Source: an uncultured Chloroflexia bacterium (GTDB taxonomy: Bacteria; Chloroflexota; Limnocylindria; Limnocylindrales; CSP1-4). Taken from it: DNA of 64,000 bases. The stretch spans positions 1,427,691 through 1,491,690 of the forward strand of contig CAVVAV010000003.1 of the NCBI GenBank assembly GCA_963746405.1, given 5' to 3'. The position numbers and the translations under genes were made by a program. Shown here one piece after another: positions 19,872-28,294 of this stretch. Each line of letters begins with the position of its first letter. Position 1 is the first letter of the stretch. The notes under the pieces were generated by a model. That model did not search any database, was not told the DNA's origin, and saw nothing but the letters and a program-made list of their open reading frames with translations.

Positions 19872-20375
19872 ATGCGTCAGTTCTTCATCGGCTTCCTCAT
19901 CGTCGCGGCGCTCGTCGCGGGCGGGAGCCTCGTCGCTTCGGTCGCCTACCAGGCCGGCCTCTCGACGGCGGTCACCACCGTCGCCGCGACCGCGCCCGAG
20001 GGCACCATCGTCACGCCCGTCGTCCCAGGCGGTGCCCCCGGTTACGGATATGGGTACGGCTACGGCCCCGGTTGGGGCTGGCACGGTGGTCCCGGGTTCG
20101 GCATCTTCGGGCTGCTATTCGGGCTGTTCTTCCTATTCCTGCTGTTCGGCCTGATCCGGGCAGCGTTCGGTCGCGGCCGAGGCTGGGGCGGACCCGGCGG
20201 TGGCCCCGGCGGCTGGGGCGGGCCCGGCGGCCGAGGCGGCTGGGGCACCGGCGAGCACCCGTGGGAGCGTCAGGCCCGCGAACGCCACGATGCCTGGCAC
20301 CGCGAGCATGGCGAGGCCGGCGGCTCAAGCGGATCGTCGACGGATCGGCCCTCGCCCGGGGCCTCGCGCGCCTGA
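19872..20375 (+). CDS. Gly/aromatic-rich small membrane protein (two TM segments, GYGYGYG and GWGGPGG repeats)
   Basis: ATG after CTAAGGAG. Sequence is MRQFFIGFLIVAALVAGGSLVA...GYGYGYGYGPGWGWHGGPGFGIFGLLFGLFFLFLLFGLI...GWGGPGGGPGGWGGPGGRGGWG. It is the internal portion of track ORF 19635..20375. Confidence 0.6.
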   Translation: MRQFFIGFLIVAALVAGGSLVASVAYQAGLSTAVTTVAATAPEGTIVTPVVPGGAPGYGYGYGYGPGWGWHGGPGFGIFGLLFGLFFLFLLFGLIRAAFGRGRGWGGPGGGPGGWGGPGGRGGWGTGEHPWERQARERHDAWHREHGEAGGSSGSSTDRPSPGASRA

Positions 20376-20460
20376 CCGGCTCGCGCCTCCGGCTCGCGGG
20401 CCCGAGGCCCGCGTCGCTCCGGATCCCACCTCGGGGTCCGGAGCCTCCGCTTGGCCTCGC

Positions 20461-20745
20461 CCAGTCGTGATGCACAAGATCCGCCGCCAGAACAAGGCCT
20501 ACCTGGTCGATGCACTTCGGCGGCATCAAGACCCGACCGGACCCGGTCACAGGATCCAATCGGATCCCGCCGCCACGGCCCGTGATGCCGCTGAGGTGCA
20601 TCGCTTGGGAGAGGTCGTGTTCCGCGAGGTACGTGTGCATCGCCCGGGCGGGTTCGTTTCCGGCGGGGTGCATGTGCATCGCCCGGGCGCGCGCGTTCCC
20701 GGCGAGGCGGATGTGCATCTGGCGACTCGGGGCCGGATCCCTGCC
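20461..20745. repeat. cluster of REP-like palindromic repeats (several hairpin units)
   Basis: TGATGCACAAGATCCGCC..., GATGCACttcggcgGCATC, GATGCcgctgagGTGCATC, and twice GTGCATCGCCCGGGCG...CCGGCG. It lies in the 380-bp intergenic region before the response regulator. Confidence 0.55.
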
Positions 20746-20753
20746 CGCGTAGG

Positions 20754-21476
20754 ATGCGACCGATGACCACGCCCAGGACCATCCTCGTCGTCGATGACGA
20801 GCCGCGGATCGTCGAGCTCGCGCGCGACTACCTCGAGCACGCGGGCTTCGCGGTCCTGACCGCCGCCGACGGCCCGTCTGCCCTCGCGGCTGCCCGCACG
20901 CGCCAGCCCGATCTCGTGGTCCTCGATCTCGGCCTGCCCGGCCTCGACGGCCTCGACGTCACCCGCCAGCTTCGGACCGGCGAACGGACGGCGGCCCTGC
21001 CGATCGTGATGCTGACGGCTCGCGACGACGAGCTCGACAAGCTGCTCGGCCTCGAGCTCGGCGCCGACGACTACCTCACGAAGCCCTTCTCCCCGCGCGA
21101 GCTCGTGGCCCGCGTGCGAGCAGTTCTCAGACGTGCCGATCGCCCGGTCGGGGCCGGGGACGTCATCACGGTCGGCGACCTGACCCTGGACGTGCCACGC
21201 ATGCGGACCGAGGTGGCCGGCCGGGCCATCGAGCTCACCCCGACCGAATTCACACTCCTCGCGACCCTCGCCCGCCAGCCCGGGCGCATCTTCACGCGGT
21301 CGCAGCTGCTCGACGCCCTCCACGGGATCGCGTTCGAGAGCTACGAGCGGGCGATCGATTCGCACGTGAAGAACCTGCGCCGCAAGCTCGAGCCCGAGCC
21401 GCGCCAGCCGCGCTACGTGCTGACGGTGTACGGCGTGGGCTATCGATTGGCCGACGACCGGGCGACCGACGCGTGA
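20754..21476 (+). CDS. OmpR-family two-component response regulator
   Basis: It has a receiver domain (ILVVDDEP...DLVVLDLGLPGLDG) and a winged-helix domain (LTPTEFTLLATLARQPGRIFTRSQLL...VKNLRRKL). Confidence 0.9.
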   Translation: MRPMTTPRTILVVDDEPRIVELARDYLEHAGFAVLTAADGPSALAAARTRQPDLVVLDLGLPGLDGLDVTRQLRTGERTAALPIVMLTARDDELDKLLGLELGADDYLTKPFSPRELVARVRAVLRRADRPVGAGDVITVGDLTLDVPRMRTEVAGRAIELTPTEFTLLATLARQPGRIFTRSQLLDALHGIAFESYERAIDSHVKNLRRKLEPEPRQPRYVLTVYGVGYRLADDRATDA

Positions 21477-22570
21477 GCCCGGCCGACGGCGGGGACCGGG
21501 ACCGCTGGGAGCGGTGGGCCGAGCACCGGCGCAAACGCTGGGGTGATTTGGGCGGCGGCCCACCGTGGGGCCTGGGTAGCCGCCCCGGCCGGTGGCGCGG
21601 CTTCGGCTGTCTGTTCGGGCTGCTCTTCCTGGTGGTGCTGGGGTCGCTGGTCGCGGCGAGCACATCGATCGTGTCGACCTTCGGGCCCCTGCCGGCGGTC
21701 GTGGTGCTGGTCGTGGCGGTCGTGGTGCTGCTCGGGCTCGGTCGTGGGCTCCGGCGGAGCGCCCGGACGCTCGATGCGCTCGTCGATGCGACGCGGCGCG
21801 TCGAGGACGGCGACTACTCGGTCCGGGTCGATGTCCCGGAGCGTGGCCTGCGCCCGGTCCGCCAGCTCGTGCGCGGCTTCGACACGATGGTCGAGCGGCT
21901 CGAAGTCGATGAGCGGCAGCGCCGCTCGCTCCTCGCCGACGTGAGCCACGAGCTCCGGACGCCACTCGCCGTGATCGCCGGCAACCTCGAGGCGATGGTC
22001 GATGGCGTTCACCCGGTCGACGAGGCGCATCTCGCGGCAATCCTCGAGGAGACGCGGGTCATGGAGCGGCTGATCGACGACCTGCGGACGGTGGCACTGT
22101 CGGAGGCCGGCACGCTCACCCTGCATCGGGAACCGACCGACCCGGACGTGCTGATCGCCGAGGTCGTGCGATCGTTCGCGGGCGCGGCGGGTACGGCCGG
22201 GGTGACCGTCACGGCCGAGGTCCCCGACGATCTGCCGATCCTCGACGTCGATCCCGTTCGGCTCCGGGAGGTGCTCGCCAATCTCGTGGCGAACGCGATC
22301 CGGCACACGCCGGCCGGTGGGACGGTCACGATCCGCGGGGAGGTCGCAGGCGACCGGCTCGTGGTGCGGGTCGCGGACACGGGTCCGGGTATCGATCCGG
22401 CCGTGCTACCCCACGTCTTCGATCGGTTCGTGAAGGGCGCGGGATCGGGCGGGTCGGGATTGGGCCTCGCGATCGCACGCAGTCTCGTGGCCGCGCACGG
22501 CGGCACGCTCGAGGTCGAGGCCACGGACCCGGCCGGCACGACGTTCCGTGCCAGCCTGCCCTTGAGCTAG
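21473..22570 (+). CDS. sensor histidine kinase (two TM segments, HAMP, HisKA, HATPase)
   Basis: It has the H-box VSHELRTPLAVI, N-box LANLVANAIRHTP and G-boxes DTGPGID / GSGLGLAI. It overlaps the RR stop (GTGA). Confidence 0.9.
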   Translation: MSPADGGDRDRWERWAEHRRKRWGDLGGGPPWGLGSRPGRWRGFGCLFGLLFLVVLGSLVAASTSIVSTFGPLPAVVVLVVAVVVLLGLGRGLRRSARTLDALVDATRRVEDGDYSVRVDVPERGLRPVRQLVRGFDTMVERLEVDERQRRSLLADVSHELRTPLAVIAGNLEAMVDGVHPVDEAHLAAILEETRVMERLIDDLRTVALSEAGTLTLHREPTDPDVLIAEVVRSFAGAAGTAGVTVTAEVPDDLPILDVDPVRLREVLANLVANAIRHTPAGGTVTIRGEVAGDRLVVRVADTGPGIDPAVLPHVFDRFVKGAGSGGSGLGLAIARSLVAAHGGTLEVEATDPAGTTFRASLPLS

Positions 22571-22707
22571 GCCGGCGTCATCCGAACGCCGTCGCCGTCA
22601 CCCGATGGTCCGGTTGACGGGGGCGTGCTTTCGGACATAGTCGACGAACGGGCTCCTGCTGCTGAAGATCTTGGCCACGAACCCCTTACCTTCCAAAGGG
22701 GCAAATC

Positions 22708-23610
22708 ATGCGTGGCCGGCTCAGCCTTCTCTTTTCGGGCATCTTCGCCTTCACCGTCCTGACGGCGGGCTCACTTGCTGCGGTCGCTCCGGTGTCCGCC
22801 GCGACGATCGCGGCAACCACCACGTGCAGCAACGGCGTCGACAACACCGGTGGCCTTGGCCTGATCTGCGAGGTCACGGTCGTCAACACCATCACCGCGA
22901 TCGGCGGCACAGCGACGGTGACGGTCCGAGAGTGTCACGGGGCGGCTGGGGATCCCGAGGCTGCCTGCACGACGGAGACGTCCGTCCTGACGGAGTTGGT
23001 CACGGCCGTCACCCAGTGCAACGACTCGATCAACGACGGAGGGGGCACACTTCGTTGCAGCGTCGAGGTCACCAACAACTTCGTCGGCATCGACCCGGCG
23101 CCGACGGGCGCGACGGTGAATCAGTGCGTGGGCTCGGGGGACGGTTTCACGACTGGCTGTGACCCCTTCCCCGCGACGACTACTGGCGCGACGATCACCC
23201 AGTGCAATGGCTCGGCCAACGGCGGGACCCTCGTCGAGTTGACCTGCACCGCGACCGGTACCGAGTCTGCCGGGCTCGCTGTCACGATCAACCAGTGCAA
23301 CGGGTCGGCCAATGGTGGTGGCGGGTTGGTCATCTGCTCCGCGAACATCGACAACAACCTCGTCGCGCCCGTCCCCACCCCGACGCCCGCGCCAACGGCA
23401 ACGCCGGCGGGCACGTCGACACCCGCGGGTTCCACGCCGTCGCCCGCTGCGCCTAACGCACAGCTGACCCCGCCCTCGACCGACGCGGGTCTGCTCCCAG
23501 GCTCACGCACGACATCCGACCGAGCCCCATGGGTCGTCATCGGGTTCCTCTGCCTGTTCGGGGCGCTGCTCGTTGTCGCGACCGCCCGCGTCCACAAGCC
23601 TCGAACATAA
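22708..23610 (+). CDS. secreted cysteine-rich repeat protein with Pro/Thr linker and C-terminal membrane anchor
   Basis: It has a signal peptide. About 45-aa repeats of the pattern T-Q-C-N-x-S-x-N-G-G-G-x-L-x-C...V-x-N-N occur three or four times. A Pro/Thr/Ser-rich linker follows, then ...RAPWVVIGFLCLFGALLVVATARVHKPRT. Confidence 0.7.
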   Translation: MRGRLSLLFSGIFAFTVLTAGSLAAVAPVSAATIAATTTCSNGVDNTGGLGLICEVTVVNTITAIGGTATVTVRECHGAAGDPEAACTTETSVLTELVTAVTQCNDSINDGGGTLRCSVEVTNNFVGIDPAPTGATVNQCVGSGDGFTTGCDPFPATTTGATITQCNGSANGGTLVELTCTATGTESAGLAVTINQCNGSANGGGGLVICSANIDNNLVAPVPTPTPAPTATPAGTSTPAGSTPSPAAPNAQLTPPSTDAGLLPGSRTTSDRAPWVVIGFLCLFGALLVVATARVHKPRT

Positions 23611-23626
23611 CCCGCCGGGCGCCGAG

Positions 23627-25234
23627 CTACGGTCGCGTGATTCTGACGTCGTCCACGGCGGCCTCGACGGTCGAGCCGGCTCCCCGGTCCTGCGCCAGGA
23701 ACACGATCCGGACCTTCTGCCCGGCCCACGGCGTCATCGGGACCGTGGCGAGTGTCCATGCCGGCTTGTCGGTATTGGCGGCACCGACTTCCTCGAGCAC
23801 GACCGTCCGTGTGCCGTCTTCGGTCTCGACGTAGGCCCGGAACACGTCCGACGACGTCGAGTTCGAGGCATGCGCCAGGTAGTAGCGGAAGACGAGGTTC
23901 CCGACGGTTGAGGGCAGCTGGATGGCGGGCGAGCGGACCGTGGTCGGGCCACCATCGATGTCGTTCGAGTTCACGCTCGAGCCGGTCGTCGCACCCGTGA
24001 CCAGCGCCTTCGATCCCGAGCGGACGGTGCCCAGCTGGTATGCCGTCGTGCCCGGGTCGGCCCGCTGCCACGCGCCGCTGTTGATCGTGTCGGTCCCGAG
24101 GGGGTCGATCGCCCAGCCGCGCGAGATCTCGAAGTCCTCGTTGAACGCCCCGCAGTGGGTCGTGGTCTTGCCGACGATGGCGTACAGGCAGCCGGCCTGC
24201 TCGATCAGGTAGAGGACCGCCGTCTTGTTCCGCGCGGTCTGGGTGGCGATCCGCTCGTCGGGCGGGTAGAACCGGGCATTCGTGCTCACCTGCGCGTGGG
24301 TCGGGTACAGCTCGAAGGTGTACATGAAGATCCGGTGGCGGCCGTAGGCGTAGTCGATCTCGTCGCCGTCGGTGACGTACAGGCTGCTCGACTGCTTGGG
24401 CGTGTAGCCGTTCATGCCGGCCATCTTGATTCCCAGCGCCTTGAGGGCGGCGTGATCGTCGGCGCTCATGTCGGCCGGCACGTCGCTCGTCGTGTAGCCG
24501 TAGGGCCAGAGGATCTCCTCACCGGCGCTGTGGAACGTGATCGCAGCACGGATCTGCTGGCGGCCAGCGATCACGCGGCTGTTGATGAAGTCGCGCATCG
24601 CCCTGGTCTCGGGCGCGGAGAAGGGCTTCGGGCCGCGGTAGGTGATCGAGGACTTCGAGCCCGATGAACCGCCGCAGCATCCCCATCGATAGTCGTAGTT
24701 GCGGTTGAGGTCCGTGCCGATCGCCGTGGAGCCCGAGTTCGGCTGGCGGTTCTTGCGCCACGCCCGGTACGGCGAGCCGGTCAGGTCGTACTCGCCCCCG
24801 TCAGGGTTGACCATGAAGACGATGTAGACCTCGCGGCTGTTGACGATCTTCGTGATCCGGTCGTCCGTGCCGTAGCCATCGGTCAGCCAGCGCAGGATCG
24901 CGAGGGTCTGCTCGGCCGAGAGGTGTTCGCGGGCGTGGTGCAGGCCATCGAACAGCAGCTCGGGCTCGTTCTCGTCCGTGGCGACGTTGTCGGAGATCTT
25001 CGCGGCCCAGATCGTGCGGCCCTGGTGGCTCTTGCCGATCGAGAACGCCCGGACGATGTCGGGGTGGTCGGCGGCGGCCCGTTTCACCTCGACGATCATC
25101 TCGTTGTAGCTGTGGTACCGCGAGTCGGACGCGGGGAAATCGGCCGCGGCGACGGGGCTTGCGGCGGGGGCTGCGACGCCGATCGAGAGGGCGAGGAGCG
25201 CGGCAAGACCCAGGGGCGCGTATCGATGGTGCAT
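23627..25234 (-). CDS. secreted zinc carboxypeptidase (peptidase M14)
   Basis: It has a signal peptide ([17 protein letters not shown]...) and the M14 zinc motifs HAREH and DLNRNY...FHS..E with a catalytic Glu. It has a C-terminal beta-rich domain. Confidence 0.8.
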   Translation of the reverse strand: MHHRYAPLGLAALLALSIGVAAPAASPVAAADFPASDSRYHSYNEMIVEVKRAAADHPDIVRAFSIGKSHQGRTIWAAKISDNVATDENEPELLFDGLHHAREHLSAEQTLAILRWLTDGYGTDDRITKIVNSREVYIVFMVNPDGGEYDLTGSPYRAWRKNRQPNSGSTAIGTDLNRNYDYRWGCCGGSSGSKSSITYRGPKPFSAPETRAMRDFINSRVIAGRQQIRAAITFHSAGEEILWPYGYTTSDVPADMSADDHAALKALGIKMAGMNGYTPKQSSSLYVTDGDEIDYAYGRHRIFMYTFELYPTHAQVSTNARFYPPDERIATQTARNKTAVLYLIEQAGCLYAIVGKTTTHCGAFNEDFEISRGWAIDPLGTDTINSGAWQRADPGTTAYQLGTVRSGSKALVTGATTGSSVNSNDIDGGPTTVRSPAIQLPSTVGNLVFRYYLAHASNSTSSDVFRAYVETEDGTRTVVLEEVGAANTDKPAWTLATVPMTPWAGQKVRIVFLAQDRGAGSTVEAAVDDVRITRP

Positions 25235-25416
25235 GCGGGGAGTGTCAGTTCCCCGTTCCGTGGCGGCCATGACGCGATGGTGCCACGCGGCACCGGGACC
25301 CCGCTGCGCGGCCGCGTGGCCGCCTCGCGCGGAACATCTCGGGCCGGTCCTGAGTCTCTACCCGCAACGGACCGACCCGAAACCATGGGTCCGGCCGAAA
25401 GCGCAGGAGGATCGAC

Positions 25417-26475
25417 ATGCGTTCGATCAACCGTGCCGGCGGCGCTCTGATCGCCGGACTCCTCCTGGTCGCGGTGACTGCGGCCCCCGCTCTAGCCTGC
25501 GGCGGGCTCATCGGTCCCAATGGGGCCGTCAACTTGCTCCGGACGACGACGTTCGCCGGATATCACGACGGGGTCGAGCACTACATCACCTCGTTCGAGT
25601 TCGCCGGCGGCGGTGGTGCCTTCGGCAGCCTCACGCCACTCCCCGGGGTCCCGACGAGCGTCGAGAAGGGTGGCGACTGGACGCTGCAGCGGTTGCGTCA
25701 GGAGACCGAGCCCCTTGAAGGGCGCTTGTTCCTGGCCGATGCGGCCCAGTCCGCCCCCGCGTCAGCCGAAGTCCTGATGGAAGTCACGATCGACGCGCTC
25801 GACATCACGGTCCTGCGCGGCGGCGCCGACGAGGTCGGCGTGTGGGCCAAGGACCACGGCTTCCGCCTTCCGCCCGATGCACCCGAGGTGCTCGAGTTCT
25901 ACGCGGCCCGCAGCCAGATCTTCCTGGCCGCGGCGTTCGATGGCGAAGCGGCCGCGGCGCGTGGCCAGAACGTCGGCGATGGGACGCCCGTCCACATCAC
26001 GATCCCGACCGAGAACCCCTGGGTCCCGCTGCGCATCCTGGCGCTCGGCAAGGGCGGCACCGAAGTCGTCGAGGCCGACGTGTATCTCCTGACCGACCTG
26101 ACGCCCGCGATGCTGCCGGCGCCCGACGGCTTCAACGGGATGACGCTCGATCACAGCCAGCCCGCCTCCCAGTCGCTCCTGGCCGACCTTCGGTCGGATC
26201 GCGGCATGGAGTGGGTGCCCGAGCACGCGTGGCTCTCGAAGGTCGCGCTCGATGGCGAGGCCTCGCAGTTCGGGTTCGACCTGGCGGTCGACGCGAGCGG
26301 TGGGAATGCGCCGTCCCGGGTGGCCGCCGGGATCGACCTGCCGGGTTCGAGTGACCCGACCGGACCGGCGACGATCCGCTGGATCGGGATGATGCTGTTC
26401 CTCATCGGCTCGCTGGGCTCCCTGCTCCTGCTGGTCACGTACCGACCGTCAGGCGGGGGCATGCGGCCCGCGTGA
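25417..26475 (+). CDS. DUF2330-family secreted protein with C-terminal TM anchor
   Basis: Signal peptide ending ALACGGLIGPNGAVNL, the characteristic DUF2330 start. C-terminus ...IRWIGMMLFLIGSLGSLLLLVTYRPSGGGMRPA. Confidence 0.7.
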   Translation: MRSINRAGGALIAGLLLVAVTAAPALACGGLIGPNGAVNLLRTTTFAGYHDGVEHYITSFEFAGGGGAFGSLTPLPGVPTSVEKGGDWTLQRLRQETEPLEGRLFLADAAQSAPASAEVLMEVTIDALDITVLRGGADEVGVWAKDHGFRLPPDAPEVLEFYAARSQIFLAAAFDGEAAAARGQNVGDGTPVHITIPTENPWVPLRILALGKGGTEVVEADVYLLTDLTPAMLPAPDGFNGMTLDHSQPASQSLLADLRSDRGMEWVPEHAWLSKVALDGEASQFGFDLAVDASGGNAPSRVAAGIDLPGSSDPTGPATIRWIGMMLFLIGSLGSLLLLVTYRPSGGGMRPA

Positions 26476-26915
26476 ATGCCGTTCGCCGCCGGCCGGGGCG
26501 TCTCGCCCTGGTCGGCGGCCTCGCCCTGTCACTGGGTCTGGCCGGGATCGCGGCCGCCTGGGTTCGGGCGCCGGGGCTGGACGACAGCCGGGCCGAGATC
26601 CGGATGCGGTATTCGGCCTTCACCCCGACCGAGGTGGTCGCGACGGCCGGTGTTCCAATCAGGATCGTGCTGGTCAATGCCGACCCCATCGACCACGAGT
26701 GGCTCGTCGGCGACGACGCGTTCCACGAGCGCCACCGGACCGGCACGGAACCCGATCACGGGACCCGCCCGACCGAGGTCTCCGTGGCCGCCGGGGCGAC
26801 CGCTACGACCACCGTCACGTTCCGAGACCCCGGGGAGTACCGGTTCATCTGCCACCTGCCCGGCCATGAGGCCTACGGCATGGTGGGCACGCTTCGCGTG
26901 GTGGCGCCCCGCTGA
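26472..26915 (+). CDS. cupredoxin (plastocyanin/azurin-like type-1 copper protein)
   Basis: The type-1 Cu ligand motif sits at the C-terminus: EYRFICHLPGHEAYGM (Cys, His, Met), with an upstream His in IDHEW. It has a signal/anchor N-terminus. Start may be GTG 26472 or ATG 26476. Confidence 0.75.
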   Translation: MNAVRRRPGRLALVGGLALSLGLAGIAAAWVRAPGLDDSRAEIRMRYSAFTPTEVVATAGVPIRIVLVNADPIDHEWLVGDDAFHERHRTGTEPDHGTRPTEVSVAAGATATTTVTFRDPGEYRFICHLPGHEAYGMVGTLRVVAPR

Positions 26916-26949
26916 GGCCGACGGCGGCTGGCGGCGGCCGTGCGGCTGT

Positions 26950-27095
26950 GAGGCCATGTCGCCCCCGCTGATGCACAAGATCCGCGGTCGGACAAGGGTT
27001 CGATCGGCGATGCACCTCAGCGGCATCACCGCGCAGACCGTCGACCAAGGGTTCGATCGGCGATGCACCTCAGCGGCATCACCGCCCGGAGGGTG
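26950..27095. repeat. REP-like repeats including a ~50-bp tandem duplication (2 copies)
   Basis: CTGATGCACAAGATCCGC..., then ACAAGGGTTCGATCGGCGATGCACCTCAGCGGCATCACCGC repeated twice in tandem. The hairpin GATGCACctcagcgGCATC is the reverse complement of the unit at 20586. Confidence 0.6.
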
Positions 27096-27261
27096 GGCCG
27101 GGCATGCTGTAGTGGACTCGGCGGGTGAGCACACCGCCCAGCAAGTCGTCGACCCGTAGGCGAACGCGGCGGCCGGCGAACGCGGCGGCCAGCCCGGCGC
27201 CACCGCCACATCGAATCGGACCCCCATCCGATGCTGCAGGGTGCCAGGTGCTGGCCTGAGG

Positions 27262-27330
27262 TGTCGGCCTCACGCTCGCGATGCCGCTGAAGTGCATCAA
27301 GTCGAAGGAAGGCTGTTTTTCCGGCGGATT
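27262..27330. repeat. inverted copy of the REP-like element (GATGCcgctgaaGTGCATC ... CGGCGGATTTTGTGCATCG)
   Basis: It is the reverse complement, with a few mismatches, of the TGATGCACAAGATCCGCCG...CCAGAACAAGGCCT units at 20466 and 26958. Confidence 0.5.
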
Positions 27331-27400
27331 TTGTGCATCGGGTCGGCGGCCGGCTCCCGTGGCGGGCCGGCTCGCGTGCGACCGGCTCGCGGATGGCCTG

Positions 27401-28273
27401 TTACTCCGGAATGGGTCGCTCGTGCGGCACCGGCGCCAGGTCGAGGGTCTCGACCCAGGTCGCGATCTCCTCGCCGGACGCGATCCAGAGGCCATCGATC
27501 CGCTGGGCGCGGGCGATCAGCCGCTCGATGGAAGCGGCGCGAGCCGGCCGGCCGGACACGAATGGGTGCATCGTCAGGTTGAACAGCCCGCCGACCTCGA
27601 CGATCGCCTCGAGCTCCTCGGCCCAGGCCGCCTCAACGTCGCTCGGGCGCAGGATCGGCGAGGACGCGTACCCCGGCACGTAGTTCCAGCGGTTCCAGTC
27701 GTCGAGGCTCCAGTGGACGGGCAGCTCGACCAGCGTCGCGGCGTCGGGCGCCGACGAGACGGCAAGTCGGTACGGGTGATCGGAGTCCATGAGCCCGGAG
27801 TCGTAGCGGAAGCCGTGTTTCGCGAGCAGGGCCGGTGTCCGGAAGTTCATGTCCCACGACGGCGCGCGGTAGCCCACCGGCCGAACACCAAGCACACCAT
27901 CGAGCGCCTCGAGACCACGCACGAGGTAGCCCTCCTCGGTGGCCTCGTCGGCCCCCCGCACGCTCTCGTGGAGGTACCCGTGGTGGCCGATCTCGTGGCC
28001 GGCATCGCGCACGGATCGCGCGACGTCCGGCCACGTCTCGGCGACCCAGCCGGGGATGAAGAAGGTCGTCCGCAGCGCGACTCGGTCGAGCATCCGCAGC
28101 AAGCGCGGCACGGCAGCCCGCGGGCCGTACTGCTGATGGGCGATGACGTCGAGGTAGTCGGCGACCTCGGGATGGTCGGCCAGCATCACGGACTCGGCGT
28201 CGAGGTCGAAGCCGAACAGCGCCGCAGCGCGCTTCCCGTCGGGCCAGCGGAAACCGGGCGGCAGGGGCTCCAT
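27401..28273 (-). CDS. polysaccharide-deacetylase-fold protein of the PuuE family (putative allantoinase)
   Basis: This is the 290-aa C-terminal part of track ORF 27401..29338, starting MEPLPPGFRWPDGKRAAALFGFDLDAE.... It aligns with Pseudomonas PuuE (PPHPHWPGQARIALSFVLNYEEG ... LSIGLHCRLIGRPARMAALERFIQYAQSHDKVWFARREDIARHW versus FNLTMHPFVSGRPARAASIERLIARAQRIDGLWIASGEEIATW). Confidence 0.7.
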   Translation of the reverse strand: MEPLPPGFRWPDGKRAAALFGFDLDAESVMLADHPEVADYLDVIAHQQYGPRAAVPRLLRMLDRVALRTTFFIPGWVAETWPDVARSVRDAGHEIGHHGYLHESVRGADEATEEGYLVRGLEALDGVLGVRPVGYRAPSWDMNFRTPALLAKHGFRYDSGLMDSDHPYRLAVSSAPDAATLVELPVHWSLDDWNRWNYVPGYASSPILRPSDVEAAWAEELEAIVEVGGLFNLTMHPFVSGRPARAASIERLIARAQRIDGLWIASGEEIATWVETLDLAPVPHERPIPE

Positions 28274-28294
28274 GCCGCGAACGATACTTGGCCG

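Noticed and set aside
27281-28294. N-terminal 330 aa of the 924-aa plus-strand ORF 27281..30055
   Set aside because: It is Arg/Gly-rich with no domain similarity and is antisense to the well-supported PuuE-like gene. Only the portion from the GTG at about 28295 matches malic enzyme.
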